A stretch of 64,000 nucleotides of DNA from positions 101,680,001 to 101,744,000 of the forward strand of contig OZ360227.1 in NCBI GenBank assembly GCA_977017645.1, in the 5' to 3' direction. The notes beneath the pieces were generated by a model, which worked only from the letters and a program-made list of their open reading frames with translations, did no database searches and was not told the origin of the DNA. Shown here piece by piece: positions 13,592-27,774 of this stretch. Positions within the stretch are counted from its first letter, which is position 1. Each line of letters starts with the position of its first letter. The translations under genes and the position numbers were made by a program. This DNA comes from Torpedo marmorata. Its lineage: Eukaryota.

Positions 13592-16079
13592 TGACACCTT
13601 TGATCACACAGCTCTTTTACAACAATTGTCAGAATGCAGAGCTCCTGGATGGTACGAAACAAGACATAAGAGTGAAACATTAGGAACACAATAGATTCAG
13701 CGTGTAAACTAAAACAAATCATCTCCCGAATAACATTTTGCTTTTCTGCCATGAACAGACTTGGTCATTTCTTTCCTACAAGTTTAAGATTTACTGTTTT
13801 ATGGGACAATTAATAAATTGATGAAATCTAAAATGCATTATCTGACAATTGCAAGGAGATTATTATCAGTTTTTAATGGATTTAAAGTTGGTGTTTTCCT
13901 GGGTTGCAAACAATTAGCTTCAGTTTGTATATTCAGCTCTTCGTGATAATTTGCACACGTTGTACAAAATGCTCGTAGCTCAAATGATGTATAACTTATT
14001 AGAATTGAATTCCACGTTTTGGCGTTTATTATTATTATTTCAATATACAATGTATTATCCGCAAACTATCCTTTCATACGTATTCACTTATCAAACAATA
14101 ATATAAAGGAATGTTGAGAAAAGTGATGAGCTCTTGTCATCAGGAATGTATCATATAATGTAGAAACAAAAAAAGGTTAGGCTGTTGTCAGGTTATTCCA
14201 TAACCTCAAAGTAAATGGAAATTACAAACGCTAGTATCAGTCATGCTTGATAAAAGTGGATTTCGTTGGGACACACAGTACTATTCCAGTTGACTTCACT
14301 GATTGAGGCCATTTTTATAATGGTGAGAAACAAAAAGGCCCCTCTTAAAAAGAGCGAAAAGAAGTCACAGGCGACTTATTTGCCTGCAGCATTTGCTGTG
14401 GGTACAGACCGTTTTATTCTGTGATCTGGACGCTGTTACACACGACATGATGGATCGGACCAGTTCCAAAACCTGAAAAACCAGCGAAGTGTACCCTCGC
14501 CATTGTTGCCTTTTTTTTCTTCAAAGTAAGAGGTTTGTTTAAAGCGAATGTTTCTTTCTGTTACACATTTTACTTTATGACAGGGGATAGCCAGTGCAGT
14601 TAAAGTATAACTAGCTTCTATTCAAACTCTTTGTTCTAATTAAAACAGAGAAATAACTAAGTCAGCATTTCACATTTGCACTTCGCTGTTTACAGCATCT
14701 TTAAGTTATGCAATTGGTTGCAAAATAACACATGCTATTGGATAAACTGATTTGATCGTGTATATGATGAACAAAACACATGAGCGGGTTAAACTGAAGT
14801 AAAAAAAAAGCAGCAAATTAATGTATTTTTAGTATTAACTAACGATGATTTTTTCAGTCAGCAGACAGACGCTTTGTGGCATTTGAAATTATTTCAGACA
14901 AAGAAGATCAAACTTTTAAAACTGGAGTAATCGCTGGCTAAATAAACTATATCATATTAAAAGAAACGGAAAATCACAATTATAATAAAGATTTAAAACA
15001 TATATTTATATGGGTACGTTTTTTCGACCCCTGTGCAAATCAAACATTCCTTAGTTAATTAAATTTAATTTCTCGCAAACTCTTTGCAAAAGCTTTTTTA
15101 ACAGAATTAACCCCACGTAGTAAGAAAACCTCCCAAAAGACCGATGTCTGCATGAACTGGGCGGTGGGGGGCGTAGGGGGCGTGGGGGAGGTGGTGGCAG
15201 AGGGTTGGGGGTTGGTTGTTGTGGTCAGCAATAAAATCAAGCCCTTTTGATTGAAACATCGCGTCTTGATCTCGGTTAGATTGCCGTAAAAGTTATGTTT
15301 TAAACTGAACGTTTATTGCTATGATTAGAATTAAATGGTCAAACCCACATCAAATAAATCGCAATGAAATACATAATCTTGAAAAATAATGCGAATATGA
15401 CTGACCTGGGACTTAAGTTTTAAATATAATACTTAGTCTATAAAACAATTTAAATAAAACATTGTTGTATAAACCGTCACAACTATTAGATATATGACTT
15501 ATCTGGCTACTATATCACGTCACAAATAGATGTACTATTCATTTGGAAAAAAAGCCTTCAGCCATACAAGACCTGACATTATAATGAAATATGAGGTTTA
15601 TGATCTGCGGCCTCCAAAGTTGCAGCGAGGCACACGTGCATATCTCTGCTTTTTTTAAAAATAATTCAATGTTTTCGTTCTCCTTCCTGTTCGACGTTGT
15701 TTTTTTCTAGGCATTTTGTTACATTTTATTGTAAACCATTATCCAGCTTTCCTATCGTGTCCATGTTCGCCATTTTAGCTTAATAAATTTGGCATTAGAT
15801 TTCTGCCCTTTCCTTGAATTTTTATCTGAAATCTAATTACATTTCTATTTGCCCCACCCCGTCTCCCCATCTAATCAGCGCAATGTATGAGAGATAAGAA
15901 AGTAACCCAGTATTATTTATTGCCATGGGATCTGAACCTTCGCCACCACAACCAGCCTCCTCGTTCGAGGTGCATTTGAAAGTTCTATCTTCAGAAAATC
16001 AAAACAAACAATAATATTAAAGTAATGTGAAAAGACTGTGGTGAAGAGGCAAATCTGGCTCAGAAACACCAACTGCTTG

Positions 16080-16096
16080 TGAACTCTGCTTGAACC
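16080..16096 (-). promoter_or_regulatory. DR5 retinoic acid response element upstream of HoxD3
   Basis: Minus strand GGTTCA-agcag-AGTTCA; position matches RAREs known between Hox3 and Hox4 genes. Confidence 0.85.
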
Positions 16097-16784
16097 TAAA
16101 TCGCAGCCATGAGCCATAAATCACTTGGACAATGGTCAACTGTTTCTGCGTTCATCTTTCAGATCTTTCTTACCTTACATGTTTTCTAAATGCAAGGGTG
16201 CATCACCTAATACAGGAGTTTGATAAGTAACACCTTGGTATGGCCTATCACATTTTTCGGTGTGTTCCGAGATATATAGTCTACAATCCTGGAACGTATG
16301 GCCGAAAAATAAAGTGACAAATTATTAGGTGTACTTTGATAACATAAATTAAAATGTTAATTCAAGAATGACGAAAACGAGAAGTCAGAAGGAGGGAACA
16401 ATGCTGATCCATAAATGGACAGCACAATCTGTTAAATTTTCACTTCCCACTGTCGAAAATTTCAAGTCTCACGTGGAGGAGGTGTCACAGTTAAACTTCT
16501 GTGACACCGCTCTCTACGCAAGAAAACATCAAAATTGCACCATTTGTTACATTTTCCCATCTAAATTCTCTGTGTTCTAGCCAACTGTTTAATCTTTCTT
16601 GTGCTGTTTCATTTGTCTAAGACCGGACGTCTGAAAGCAGTTTTATCGTCCACGCACCAAGCAAATAATTACTTCCGTTTTATTTTTACTTTCAACCACG
16701 TACAAATAGAGTGGCCGAATCGCCCATGAATTTAAAAGATATCTCCGAAGGGTGGGCAATTTAATGTTATTAAGAAGCCAGAGG

Positions 16785-16852
16785 GCCTATCAATGCACCT
16801 GTCATTATGTGCTACGCAAAATTTATGGCTGCTTGTGCTATAGTCGTAAACG
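16785..16852. promoter_or_regulatory. Candidate enhancer with Pbx/Meis/Hox-Cdx motifs
   Basis: atcaat, ctgtca, tttatggc, gtcgtaaa within 70 bp, about 700 bp from the RARE. Confidence 0.45.
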
Positions 16853-19800
16853 CTTCACTACATAAAAAAAACACTTTCCAAAGAGCTGTTATCTTCAGTA
16901 GTGTAAAATAGGTAGAGCGTAGGAGGAAAGGCCAGAAAAGGAATGTCCATACTCCGCAAGTTTTCTACCTACGAGGCGTTTCGCCAGCTCTTGTAGGGTT
17001 TGATATTTAAGGCATTGAAAGTAGTCCATGAATTTTAAATACGTTTTAGCTGACAAACTTTTCACGTGCAGCAGAATCGCACGGCTCCAGATGGATGATC
17101 AGAAAAAAGTGTGTGATTAGATGCAAGTTGGGCGCCAAATTTAAAGCCAAACATTTGATTTCAGGTATGAAGTCAGAAATAAGGGGGAATCTGTTATTTT
17201 TCCGTTACTCTCATGGACTAGCGGGCGTAATCTTCTTCGTGATTTTAAATGTAACATATTACAAATTGTGTAATCATGTGATATGTTTAGTTAAAATCCC
17301 TCTGTAAACACTTAATGCCTTCAGCTATTGCTGGCTGGGAGAGGATTATTTTTGGAATCTAACGATATTGATTTTGTTTATACTTTGCGGATCATTTCTC
17401 ACAAGGAATTCTGGTGGGTAGGCACATCTGCCCAAATTTCGACTTGAATCAGGCAATCTCTAAATCGACGCTGGTTTCCGGACTGTAGATATATATAATT
17501 TTTTAAACTTGGTTTTAAATTGGAATGTTTTGGCTACTCTATGCAGGTCTCTGGCACGGCAATCTCGGCTGCCAAACAAGCATGTATCCCGATTCACCTT
17601 TCAACTTAGTGTTTATGATGTTTACTTTGTTCGACGTTAAGAATGCAGCTAAACTCATTTTGTAGACTGGCAAGAAAACATGAATTGTGTTGTTTTTATA
17701 TCCAAATTACAATATACCCTGGTTGTCTGAGCCTGCCATGTAATTTCATTAAATTAGAAATTATGTATGTTGGTACAAATCAAATGTGTCGACCCCTCAA
17801 CTAAGATTGAAATGAAATCTAAAAGAAGGAACGTCGATGAAAACGAATATGCAATTTTGAATTTAATTAAGTAACAATGTAATTTTAGAATGGGAGAGAA
17901 AATAACTGGAGGGAGAGGCAACATTGCAGTTCGAACGACCCGCTTCTCAAGACTTCATAAAACTATCCCCTGGATAAATATTGCAGGCTTAACGAAACAG
18001 GTCCATTGTTAAAGACTGAATACATACATTGCTCGTTCTGTGCATTAACAGCAGTGAAGTGGTAAGCTTAAGCCAAAGTTATTTTTTCTCTTATTTTCAA
18101 TTCCATTGGCTTTAGTGATAGCCTATATCTGATCTATATTTAAAGGCATCAGCAGATGAAACCCATGCTTTTAGAATTACCGATCATTTTTCGAAAGTTA
18201 TGATTCAAGCACAAAATAGAGACAGATTCGCAGCCGACCACTCAAGACAACCAGACACGAAGAATCCCCGCCTGTTCAAGCAACGTGTTTCGTTTCTCCT
18301 CTGCTTCCTTGTGACCATAACATAAAATTATGAACTGGTTCTCCATTGGCAAATCTAAATTTCACGCAGAATCCAAAGCAGCACCGAATTCGGTGTCGCT
18401 AAAACCAAAAAGGATCAAACAACAAACAACTCACCACACACAGTGTTTCTACCTGCTTTTCTTTGGATTGAATTTGGAATTTGTCCGGATTGACCAGAGG
18501 TCGCTGGCTTTGTTCTGAAAGAAAATGTAATTACAGTTTTTTAAAATGCATTAATAATATTTTTGTGTATCACAGATATTTCAGGCCACCTCCCCGGATG
18601 CTATCAAAGAAAACAACTAGCAGCAGGACTTGAAGATTTTTTTTATTATTAACATTAACACGTCTTTAAAACAATGCTTCCTTGTAGTTTAATACAATAA
18701 CTATTGCATTTGATCAGCTTTTAACCGAAAGCAGTGATAAACTAAGCGTTATTTTTTCCTTCAGAAATTAGAAACAAAGTGTTACTGATTGCAATGATGT
18801 ATGATTAATGACCAGGAGTCACGTTGTCAGTGATTTTTTAAAAGTGAAAGAACAGGTTAAGTAGATTTAATAATGTTAAAGATTAGAATATAATTTTGGG
18901 GGGATGTATTTGACAAAGAACACTTCACGAGAATTTGAATACAATAACCAATCATCTATGTCAAACAGATTTCTTAATTCAAATTGTTGTTAAGGAGTGA
19001 TAAACCTATCAATAGCATCGAAGATTTCATACCCAAACTCTCTACTGGAGCACTGTGCCTTAAGGCTGGGTTTATACACTTTGCAAGAAAAAATGTATTT
19101 GTGGTGGGCTTTTTACAGAAGCTGGGCCTGAGCAACGGACTGAATAAATTTCTCGAATTTGTATCGTGTCGTCTTTCAGTTTCCTTTAACCTACTCCAAC
19201 TGACCATATCAACATGCCTTCTTTACATATTTATTTATTTTCCTGTTGATGTTTAGGCAGGTGCATTTAATGAAAAACTATCGATGTTGTCGAACATTTT
19301 AACATAAAGGCACAAAACAATACAAATATGGAGGATTGCAAGAAAGAACCCGGCGCCATATATAAAACTCATGAATAATGTATTATATTGACAGGCGGTT
19401 ATGCTTTGTCATTGCGATAACAAACATCACGTACATATTATTTTATATCGATTGCGCATATTCCTAATACAGCCAAGAAACATCTTGGTTATACAAAAAC
19501 TCTCCAAAATGCAATAACATTGCAGTCCTGGAGCCTTTAAATAGGCTGTAAATTCCAACTTCCTGAGACGGAGGCAAATAGAATATAAACCGAAGCTGAA
19601 GTAGTGCAGAAGCTGTACCACTGAATTTTATATCAATTTAAAATGCGTGCTTTAATTTAGAAACACATTTAAGAAAACGGCAACTGTGGCAGATGAAATA
19701 CACAAAGAAATCCTAGTCATTAGCTGACAAAATGTAAGAGTCATAAGCCTTTGAAATGACCTTTGGCTTGTACAGCAATAACTCACCACTTAATGAACAA

Positions 19801-20719
19801 CCAACGGAAGCGCCTCCACTACCTCACAATACAGCCCATCACACAACTTCACCATGGTTTCTCTATCCCTCTTTAATCCCACTAAGACGCAGCACCTTGC
19901 AAACTAGCTTCGCCAACTTGTGTCGATGTAATATGAAGTTAGAAGAGGATCCAAAACAAAGTCGCCAAGGCATTAGATCATGATCCAATGCCTCCCTCCA
20001 TAATGTGTGTAATGTATTCACGTAACCATACGTCAATTTATAAGCTTTTATTTCTCTGTAATCACTTGAAGTAAGTATTTGCAGAGTAAACTCGCCACTT
20101 TCCAAGGAAACCAGTAAGCTGGACAAACTTGAAACAGTTGGTTGCTTTCAGGTGGTTTTGATAAATGTGCTCAGCCATGGTCTGAACGGTAAGTTTTAAT
20201 CATCTTGCTTATTAGTTTCGCAGAAGTGCGAGCGAGTTCTCAGACTGCGGCCCTAAAACCCTATAAGCAGTCTAATCATGGAGATAACGTTAGTAGAATG
20301 AACACATGTAAACGTGTTGAAAACTTTCTTTGTCACTTTACTAAATTGCTAAACTGGGTTGGCAGGAAAAAGTCGAGAATAGTTATGTGCTTATTACTTT
20401 TACTGCCTAACAACATAATGTAGCCGAGTGTACCTCTAACGCCAAGGTATTTACTGCAAAACTGAAAAGTTTTGACTTTGTTCAGAAATGAAAAGTTTAA
20501 CGTCAGACTATCAGACAAGTGTTGATAGTTACCATGGTGAGAGCTGCAGAGAGGTTTATTGAAATTTTAGGTGAAGTTATAAGTGAGTGGCCCCATCGAG
20601 CAAAATGAAATGCTACTCACAGTAATTGGATTTAGCTGACTAACATGGCAGAGTAGCAGCTTCGAGGCATGCAGCAATGAAAAATGTTGGACTGGAAAGT
20701 TTTTTTAACCGACCGAAGA

Positions 20720-20732
20720 GCGCGCGCACGGG

Positions 20733-20796
<64 letters not shown>

Positions 20797-20812
20797 ACAC
20801 ATACACACACAC
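20720..20812. repeat. (CG)n-(CA)n microsatellite
   Basis: Direct reading. Confidence 0.97.
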
Positions 20813-23800
20813 AAAACGAAACATGTTTAATACCTATGGACATTCTTTGAAAATGCCCCAAACAGATACAAATACAATGATTTGAATAACTTTTTTGTAA
20901 ACATTTACATTAAGAAAATAATGGACCTCCCCTCATCAATACAACGAGTAATACAATAGTTTAAACTAGTTTCGTTTTTTTTTTAAGATAGTAATTTTAA
21001 TCACCCTTCTGATCCTACGTTATATCCATATCAGAAAAGCATCTTAGGTACGGTAATGATTTTAAGGTATTATGTCTCGTCGTGGCAATTACAAGACACT
21101 TTGTATTTCAAGAGTAATATTAGATGTATTCTTGACAGTATTTAACAAAAATAAGTGAACGCGTTTCTGGAACTGGGGGAGAAAAAAATCATTTAACATT
21201 AAATTTCCACTGAAACAGTTGTTTAATCGCCAGCAAATGAGATCAAAACAGGAATGATTTCGTATTTTACAAACAAAATTGTCAAAATTGAAATGTATAA
21301 TTACAAAAACGTTGAAGTTAATTAATTGCAGAGATTATTCTCTGACATGGCCGAGATAAGTTAAAATAATACTCGATCTTTTGTCGCTAATAAATTTTGA
21401 AATACTGTTATACTAAGTTCTTCGAAATTCACAAATTGTTTCCCTTGAACGACAATAACCTTAATTGAGAAATAATTTATACAGGCTGCTGCAATAACTT
21501 TAGCCCGCAATATATTTCTGAAACGCATAAATCACAGAAGACTGCAGCCTGACGATAAGCAAGAGACAACAAATTAATGTGATTTACGATCTAAGTTTGC
21601 TTGTGACAGTTTGAAAAGTTCCCCGGGTTTCAGTGCCTTTTTATTTCGTTTTCATTTTACATAAAACTGCACAATCAGCTAAAATACAGCCACAAGACAA
21701 ATCTGGGACTATTCTGGTTTGCCCGACCTAACCTTTCTCAAATTGGTCACTTTTATGAAACAGCAAATGTTCTTTAAAATCGACTTCTGTTGCCACAAAA
21801 TATTTTTCTTGTTTATCACTGGAATGGAATCAATGCACATTTGCGTCAGGATTTCATACAATTTGGAAACAGCAAAATGCCCTTTTGCTGCAGGGATTTA
21901 TGCAAACGTTCTGCTAAAGACTGCATTTTATCATACGATTCTTACCTGTGTGTCAATTTATCATAATTCTGTGCTTCCAAAACACAATCTCTTTGCCTGC
22001 AGCTGTGAATAATATCCTCTGCCGTTTGTCTGCTTACAATGCTGTCTTAAACAAGATCTTGCTGCTTTACAGACATTTCGATACCAAAAGCAGACGGTAT
22101 TCCCGATAGAAATGGCTTCAGTCTCAGGAACAACTGCCAATAAAAACGGCGTATAGAGATGTTTTTGCTTCAAATCTAAATCGAGATTTCATAATCGGGT
22201 AACCAACAAGAAACTGGTATTTATAAACCGGTACGTATTCCTTTAAAATGTTGCCATTTATGAATTTTATAGTGCAACGGATACCTTTTATAATCAGAAA
22301 ATATAGGCGCTGCCTTAAAATACAGGCATATTTGTTCACGTGATCTGGGTTCCCAGATTGTTCTGATTGAGCCAGTAAGTTGAGCCAGTGCTACCTCACT
22401 AACATCTCTTTAATATGGATAGTTTGGATCTTTGAGTCACTTCTTAATGGGGAGTTGAATGAAAATGTAATATTACGTACTGTGCTTGAAAAAAGATGGT
22501 AAAGTTAGACTTCACTGACATCGTCTTTCCGAGCAGTATCACGTTAACTAAATTGAACAATAGAATTGTATGTTATTGCTATTTCGCCGTCTCTAGGGCA
22601 ATATTTTGTGTATCATCATTCTTCTCGGTGTGTTGAGCTAATTTTCGCACTCGTTCATTCAAATATAAAAAGGATTCTTTTGTAGAATTAGGTCTCGTAA
22701 ATAAAAGTAATTGAGTCAAAATATTGAAAAAAACGACCCAATGCAGTTTAAAATATTTACCATTTTTAAAGCAGCATTTATAAATTGGTCTCAAAACTTG
22801 AGTATGAAATGGCGAATTCACCAATGACGGCAAAATAAACTTGTGTTTGGATAAGTATTGTGACGTGTTTACAACAAAGCCCGGCGAATAAATAGGAATT
22901 TCCTATTTACCCGGGTTAGGATTTGAAGCAGTGGAAGCTTTAAATTACAAAACACTGCGTATATGAGATTTCCGTGAAGTTCAATCTCACCAACTCTTGT
23001 CTAGAAGGCCAATTTAATCATCGTTTTAACTGGAGATTTATGTTGTGAAATTGATGCCGGTAGAACAGAAACTAATGCGGGAATTTTCCCTTTTTCTTTT
23101 CAGTCGATGCATTTTAAATCACGGGGCCAGTGGCAACTGGGCGCTGGAAATGGTTCCTTCTGCTTCCATTCTTGTTTTTCCCTCTCCCTGCAATTGCTTT
23201 GCTGAATTCTAATGTTTTTAGGTATGGAAAATTAACTTTCAGTTATATTTTATCGAACTGCTTAACATTTCTGTTAAATGCTACTATAAACTATTTTAAC
23301 CTCGAAAACATTTGTCTGTAATTTAATAGCAATAAAAACATTTCCATTGACAGTAATGCATGACCTTATTGCACCTAACGCCGGCTTAACGCAACATTTA
23401 TCTAAATCACTTTACCCTCTTTGGCTCTATATGGTCGTTACAGAAATATTGCTTTGCAATTACTGCATTATAAATTATTTAAAAGGAAATAAAACGGTTA
23501 CATCTCACGGTTTAGCTAAGGAATTACATTCCCACAAAACTATGCCGAGCAAGTTGGAATCATTATCTTCTGGCAATCGTTCATAACATGACGACTTTGT
23601 TATGGGAATTTGTAAAAATAATAAATGTGTTGTATTATTAAGGATAGTTTTGACCTTGAAATGGCTAGTGTTATAATATTGTTCGACCCCAGAAATGTAA
23701 ATAGACCAATTTATTGCGGCATGTTATTCCTTCGCTGATAATTTTATGAGGAGACCAAGAAAAATCAACAAAGTGCTAATGTTTGCCACTGTGAAAACTC

Positions 23801-26800
23801 GGCCTTACGAGGAATATAATCAAACGGGGATTCGAAGACGACTTGGACCGCAGCATATGTTCATAGAGCAATAAAACGGAGAGATTTACAATCTTCGCCT
23901 GGCCTCGGCAGCCTTGCACCCTTTCAGGAATTACCACTGGTGATTTATAACAGGGTTGGAAATTGCTGACCCTCCGCACCAAAATACTTTATTTCGATTT
24001 AATGAAAAAGTTGTAATTAAACCGTTTTCATTGATTCTTGTCTGCTTGATTCTTTGCTAGATTAGAATTTTAAAGTAGAGAATACTGAGTTGAAGTGAGT
24101 TTAAAAAAAACTTGGCTTTACAGCCGCAGCTTTGTCATCAGTAAAAGAGCGTTGCATTTGTCATCGGTGAATAACTGAATTAATAGGTTATTGTTTTAAT
24201 GCATAATTTATTTAAAAAGGAAGCGAACGTCGAATTTACACACGTGACGACAGCATAAATTCAATTTCCAGAAGTGCGTTATGACAAAAGCAACGGAAGC
24301 AATAAATGCGGAGGTTCATATTGTAAAATATCTCCAATCAATTTAATAAAATCCGTTTTCAAAGACATTTGTATTTTCCACGGTAATTTATACAGTTTAA
24401 TTACACCTTTAGAGAGAGGTGGAGGAACAGGGCTGTCCTGGTATGCTACTAAACCCGATAGTGTAATTTACATGTATTGAAGAATATTTATTAGTATGTA
24501 ATATGATTACATTCTTTGCAACTTCAATTATGATGATTAGGATTGTAGAATTCTTTCTCGTTTCTTTACAGCGATATTTTACATTTCTGCTCAGCATTAT
24601 GACTGAAAATGTTTACTGACAATGTACTTTTAATCTTTACCCTGGTAATAAAACTTTTCTATGTCATTGTAAAATAAAAGGTCAATAATAAAACGCCAGA
24701 TCATGCTTGTACTTTACTGCATTATATTATCCATAATATATGTAAAGCATACTATGCAGATCTTCGTATTAATATGGATTCAGAAAATCAGAATTGTGTA
24801 AATTTATTACCTTATAAAATGTCCCCATAATTGTTCTTGCTCAGGATATCAATCACTACAATTTATTCCTTAACTGAGTCTAACGCACACTTATAGGCTT
24901 GTGAATACTGATTTAGTCCTCCATTGCAAGAAATAAATATCAATTAATTGTAAAAACACATCGGTAGCTTCAAAGGAAACATTTGTTTAATCTTTTAAAA
25001 CAACACATCGACTAAAATATGGCACGAAATCCCCATGAATATATTTCTGTTGACGTAAGTACCTGCAATTGTTCTCGTTGAATCTCATTTACAGACTTTC
25101 CATTACATCTCAAAGAACACAAAATATATGACTCGTGGTATTCAATATAAGCTCAGGCCTCTACTTCGCTGTGTACAAATAGGCAGCAGATGCCATGACA
25201 GCCGGCATTGTTTGCAATAAAGCACAACTAAACCGTAAAATCTACGCCATTTCATGACACAAAACTACGCCTTAATAATAATCCCACCACAGTCTTACTA
25301 ATGTTTACCTCCCACCTCCAAGATACAGCAGATACAAATTTTTGCAACTGAAGTTTATCATAGTTGCTCCAAAATGTTAAAGCTAATGCGAATAGAAGGT
25401 CAGTATATCAGCCTACTGCAACTTATGACTGTCGCCTGGTAGCACATAGTAAGAAGCAAAGGGCGCTATTCATCAAATATATATGACAGTTACATTCATT
25501 TGCTATCTTACCAGAAACAAAACTAAAATTGTTTACCTACCAAGCTTCAATTTTTCAGTTTCTGGCAACGAACTACAACAGGAAAGTCTGATAGTCGACC
25601 ATTTGTATATAATATTCTTGGGATCTGTTCACTTTTCAAGTGTGATAGAGTCCTTTGCTTGGCCGATTAATGACGACGCCGTGTTTCTTTCGGGACGTAC
25701 TGCATTAATTATTTAGTAAATCACGTGGCCGAATCAAATATAAAAGGATACATAAAATCTTACCACCTCTCCTGGACATGGTCATAAGATGCAAAAGTCT
25801 TTATCATTTGAGAAGTATCAGATTGGCAAATATATTTTTAAATTCTGAAGGGAAAGACCAACAAATATGGCTGTTTAGAAGCGATGGGCTGCATCAGCTT
25901 TGTCCCACTTTGAATGACCAGCCTATGGCATGGTCGTATTGACTCTTTGCCTTCCCTTCAGCTGTTTCGTGTTCGAGACTAGAAACGAAGCAACCGGGCG
26001 GCGTACTTACAACAATAAAAAAAACATTGAACATTGCTTGCTTTGGGTTGTTAAGATTTGACCAATTAAACTACATTTTAAGATGTTTTCGAATTTAAGG
26101 AAGTAAACTAATCAAAGGTGGTGGAGTTTATCCATGCATTTACCTCTTTGGAGCCCATATATAAATGCACCCACAGATTATCACATACCCACTCACATGT
26201 AGTCTTACATGCATATAAATAATACAAACACAAGCCTGAATATATCCATACTTGTATATCATATGTACATGCATGACTGCATACAAAAATATTTCCCAGC
26301 ACAGAAAAATGCATAAATGTTACAAATAACACACATATGGGTAATATGTCGTTATGGGAGCTGTGTTGTGCATTCATTGATATAAATATGTTATTTGATT
26401 GATTGTGATTGATATCACATCTGACATTATGAATTTCGAATGATACAAAAGTTCAGAAATCATAATGTTGTTGACTTTTATGTTCCATGCATCTTTTATG
26501 TTGGAGTACTCAGCATTTTTCTGACAAATGATATAATGAAATAAGCCAAAAATAATTAAGCCTTTGAATTAAAATCATTTGAATTATACATTGGAGAACG
26601 TTCCTGCACTGATACATGTGGCTGGATAGGTTAAATATTGATAAATTACATACTTAAATGAAGGTGAGACGTTATCAATTGACCTTGGTGCTGTCCGATT
26701 AAAAGTGAGCTACTTTTCTAGGGGGTAGGTATTGAACTAAAGTGAAAGCATATTCTCTTTTAGTATACATACTTACACATTTTGGATTGTATCAAAGAAA

Positions 26801-27757
26801 CGGCAATATGTGCTATTGATTAATGACTGGCTATTCTGGTTGTTCCCATACACTGGCTCTCAGTTTCAGTGATTAGGGTGCTTTATAAAAATATTTTATA
26901 TTTAATTTTACTTAAGTGAATCTGTTATATTCAACCTTCATAGAGGGAGGAGCATTTGGGTGGGAGGTGGCTTTTAGAGCGAATAGATCATGAGATATAT
27001 ATTAACCGAAACAAACACAAAAGGATCTGTGTCCACTTGCTGTCAAAAAATGTGTCTTCTGTAATTAAAAATTGAATAATGACGAAATTATGCGAATTTT
27101 ATCCATTATGCGGATGCAACTGGGCTGAGAATAGAATTATTTGCAATGCCTGACTCTTATTTCATTTTGCATATTTTTGTTTCATGAATTTTAGGTGGTG
27201 TTAGTAGATTGAATGCTGAATTTATTTAATGAAAACGTTATAATAGGATTTGGAGTATTTTCTGCATCAACTAAATGTGGCAGGATGGCTTTTAGATATA
27301 GAAAGAATGCAGTGCGGATCTTGGATACAATGTTTGAATGTGTTTTTGAACGCTTGCTTTATTCAAGGGATAAAGAAAAAAGTGCAAGAATATTGAATTG
27401 AAAGAAGCGAATATTGAAAGCAAGGGTATCAGCTGGCTCTACAATCTTCGTCAGAGATAAAAATGAATTCGAAGCCTATAATATCAGCATTAAAAATGCG
27501 TGAAGACTAAATAAAAGTGGAGTTTGGGGACACCGGCATCTAGTACGAAAACCCGAACTTCCATTGAATAGATGCACAATTTACCAGTTTCAGAAATTGA
27601 AATCGTTCTTACGTGAGAACCTATTTCACTTTGCTTTAGTTGCATAGTGTCTATGTTAAAACATATAGAAAACGCGAAGGGTAGGATTGAGTCCAAAAGG
27701 TCAAGGGTTTAGAGGTCAGTCCTCCAGGCTGAAATACAGCTAATCGAATAGAAAATT

Positions 27758-27774
27758 TGTCCTCTTCGTGAACC
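27758..27774 (-). promoter_or_regulatory. DR5 RARE 3' of HoxD4 (neural enhancer type)
   Basis: Minus strand GGTTCA-cgaag-AGGACA about 2.5 kb 3' of the HoxD4 stop; same half-sites as the Hox4 3' RARE. Confidence 0.85.

Noticed and set aside
20632-20861. Low-complexity ORFs (CVCV, ERER, SIYL; also 47542-47733, 60121-60345, 62453-62638)
   Set aside because: Translations of microsatellites
27698-27718. AGGTCA-9 nt-AGGTCA as a RARE
   Set aside because: Spacing is not DR1, DR2 or DR5; noted only as accessory half-sites
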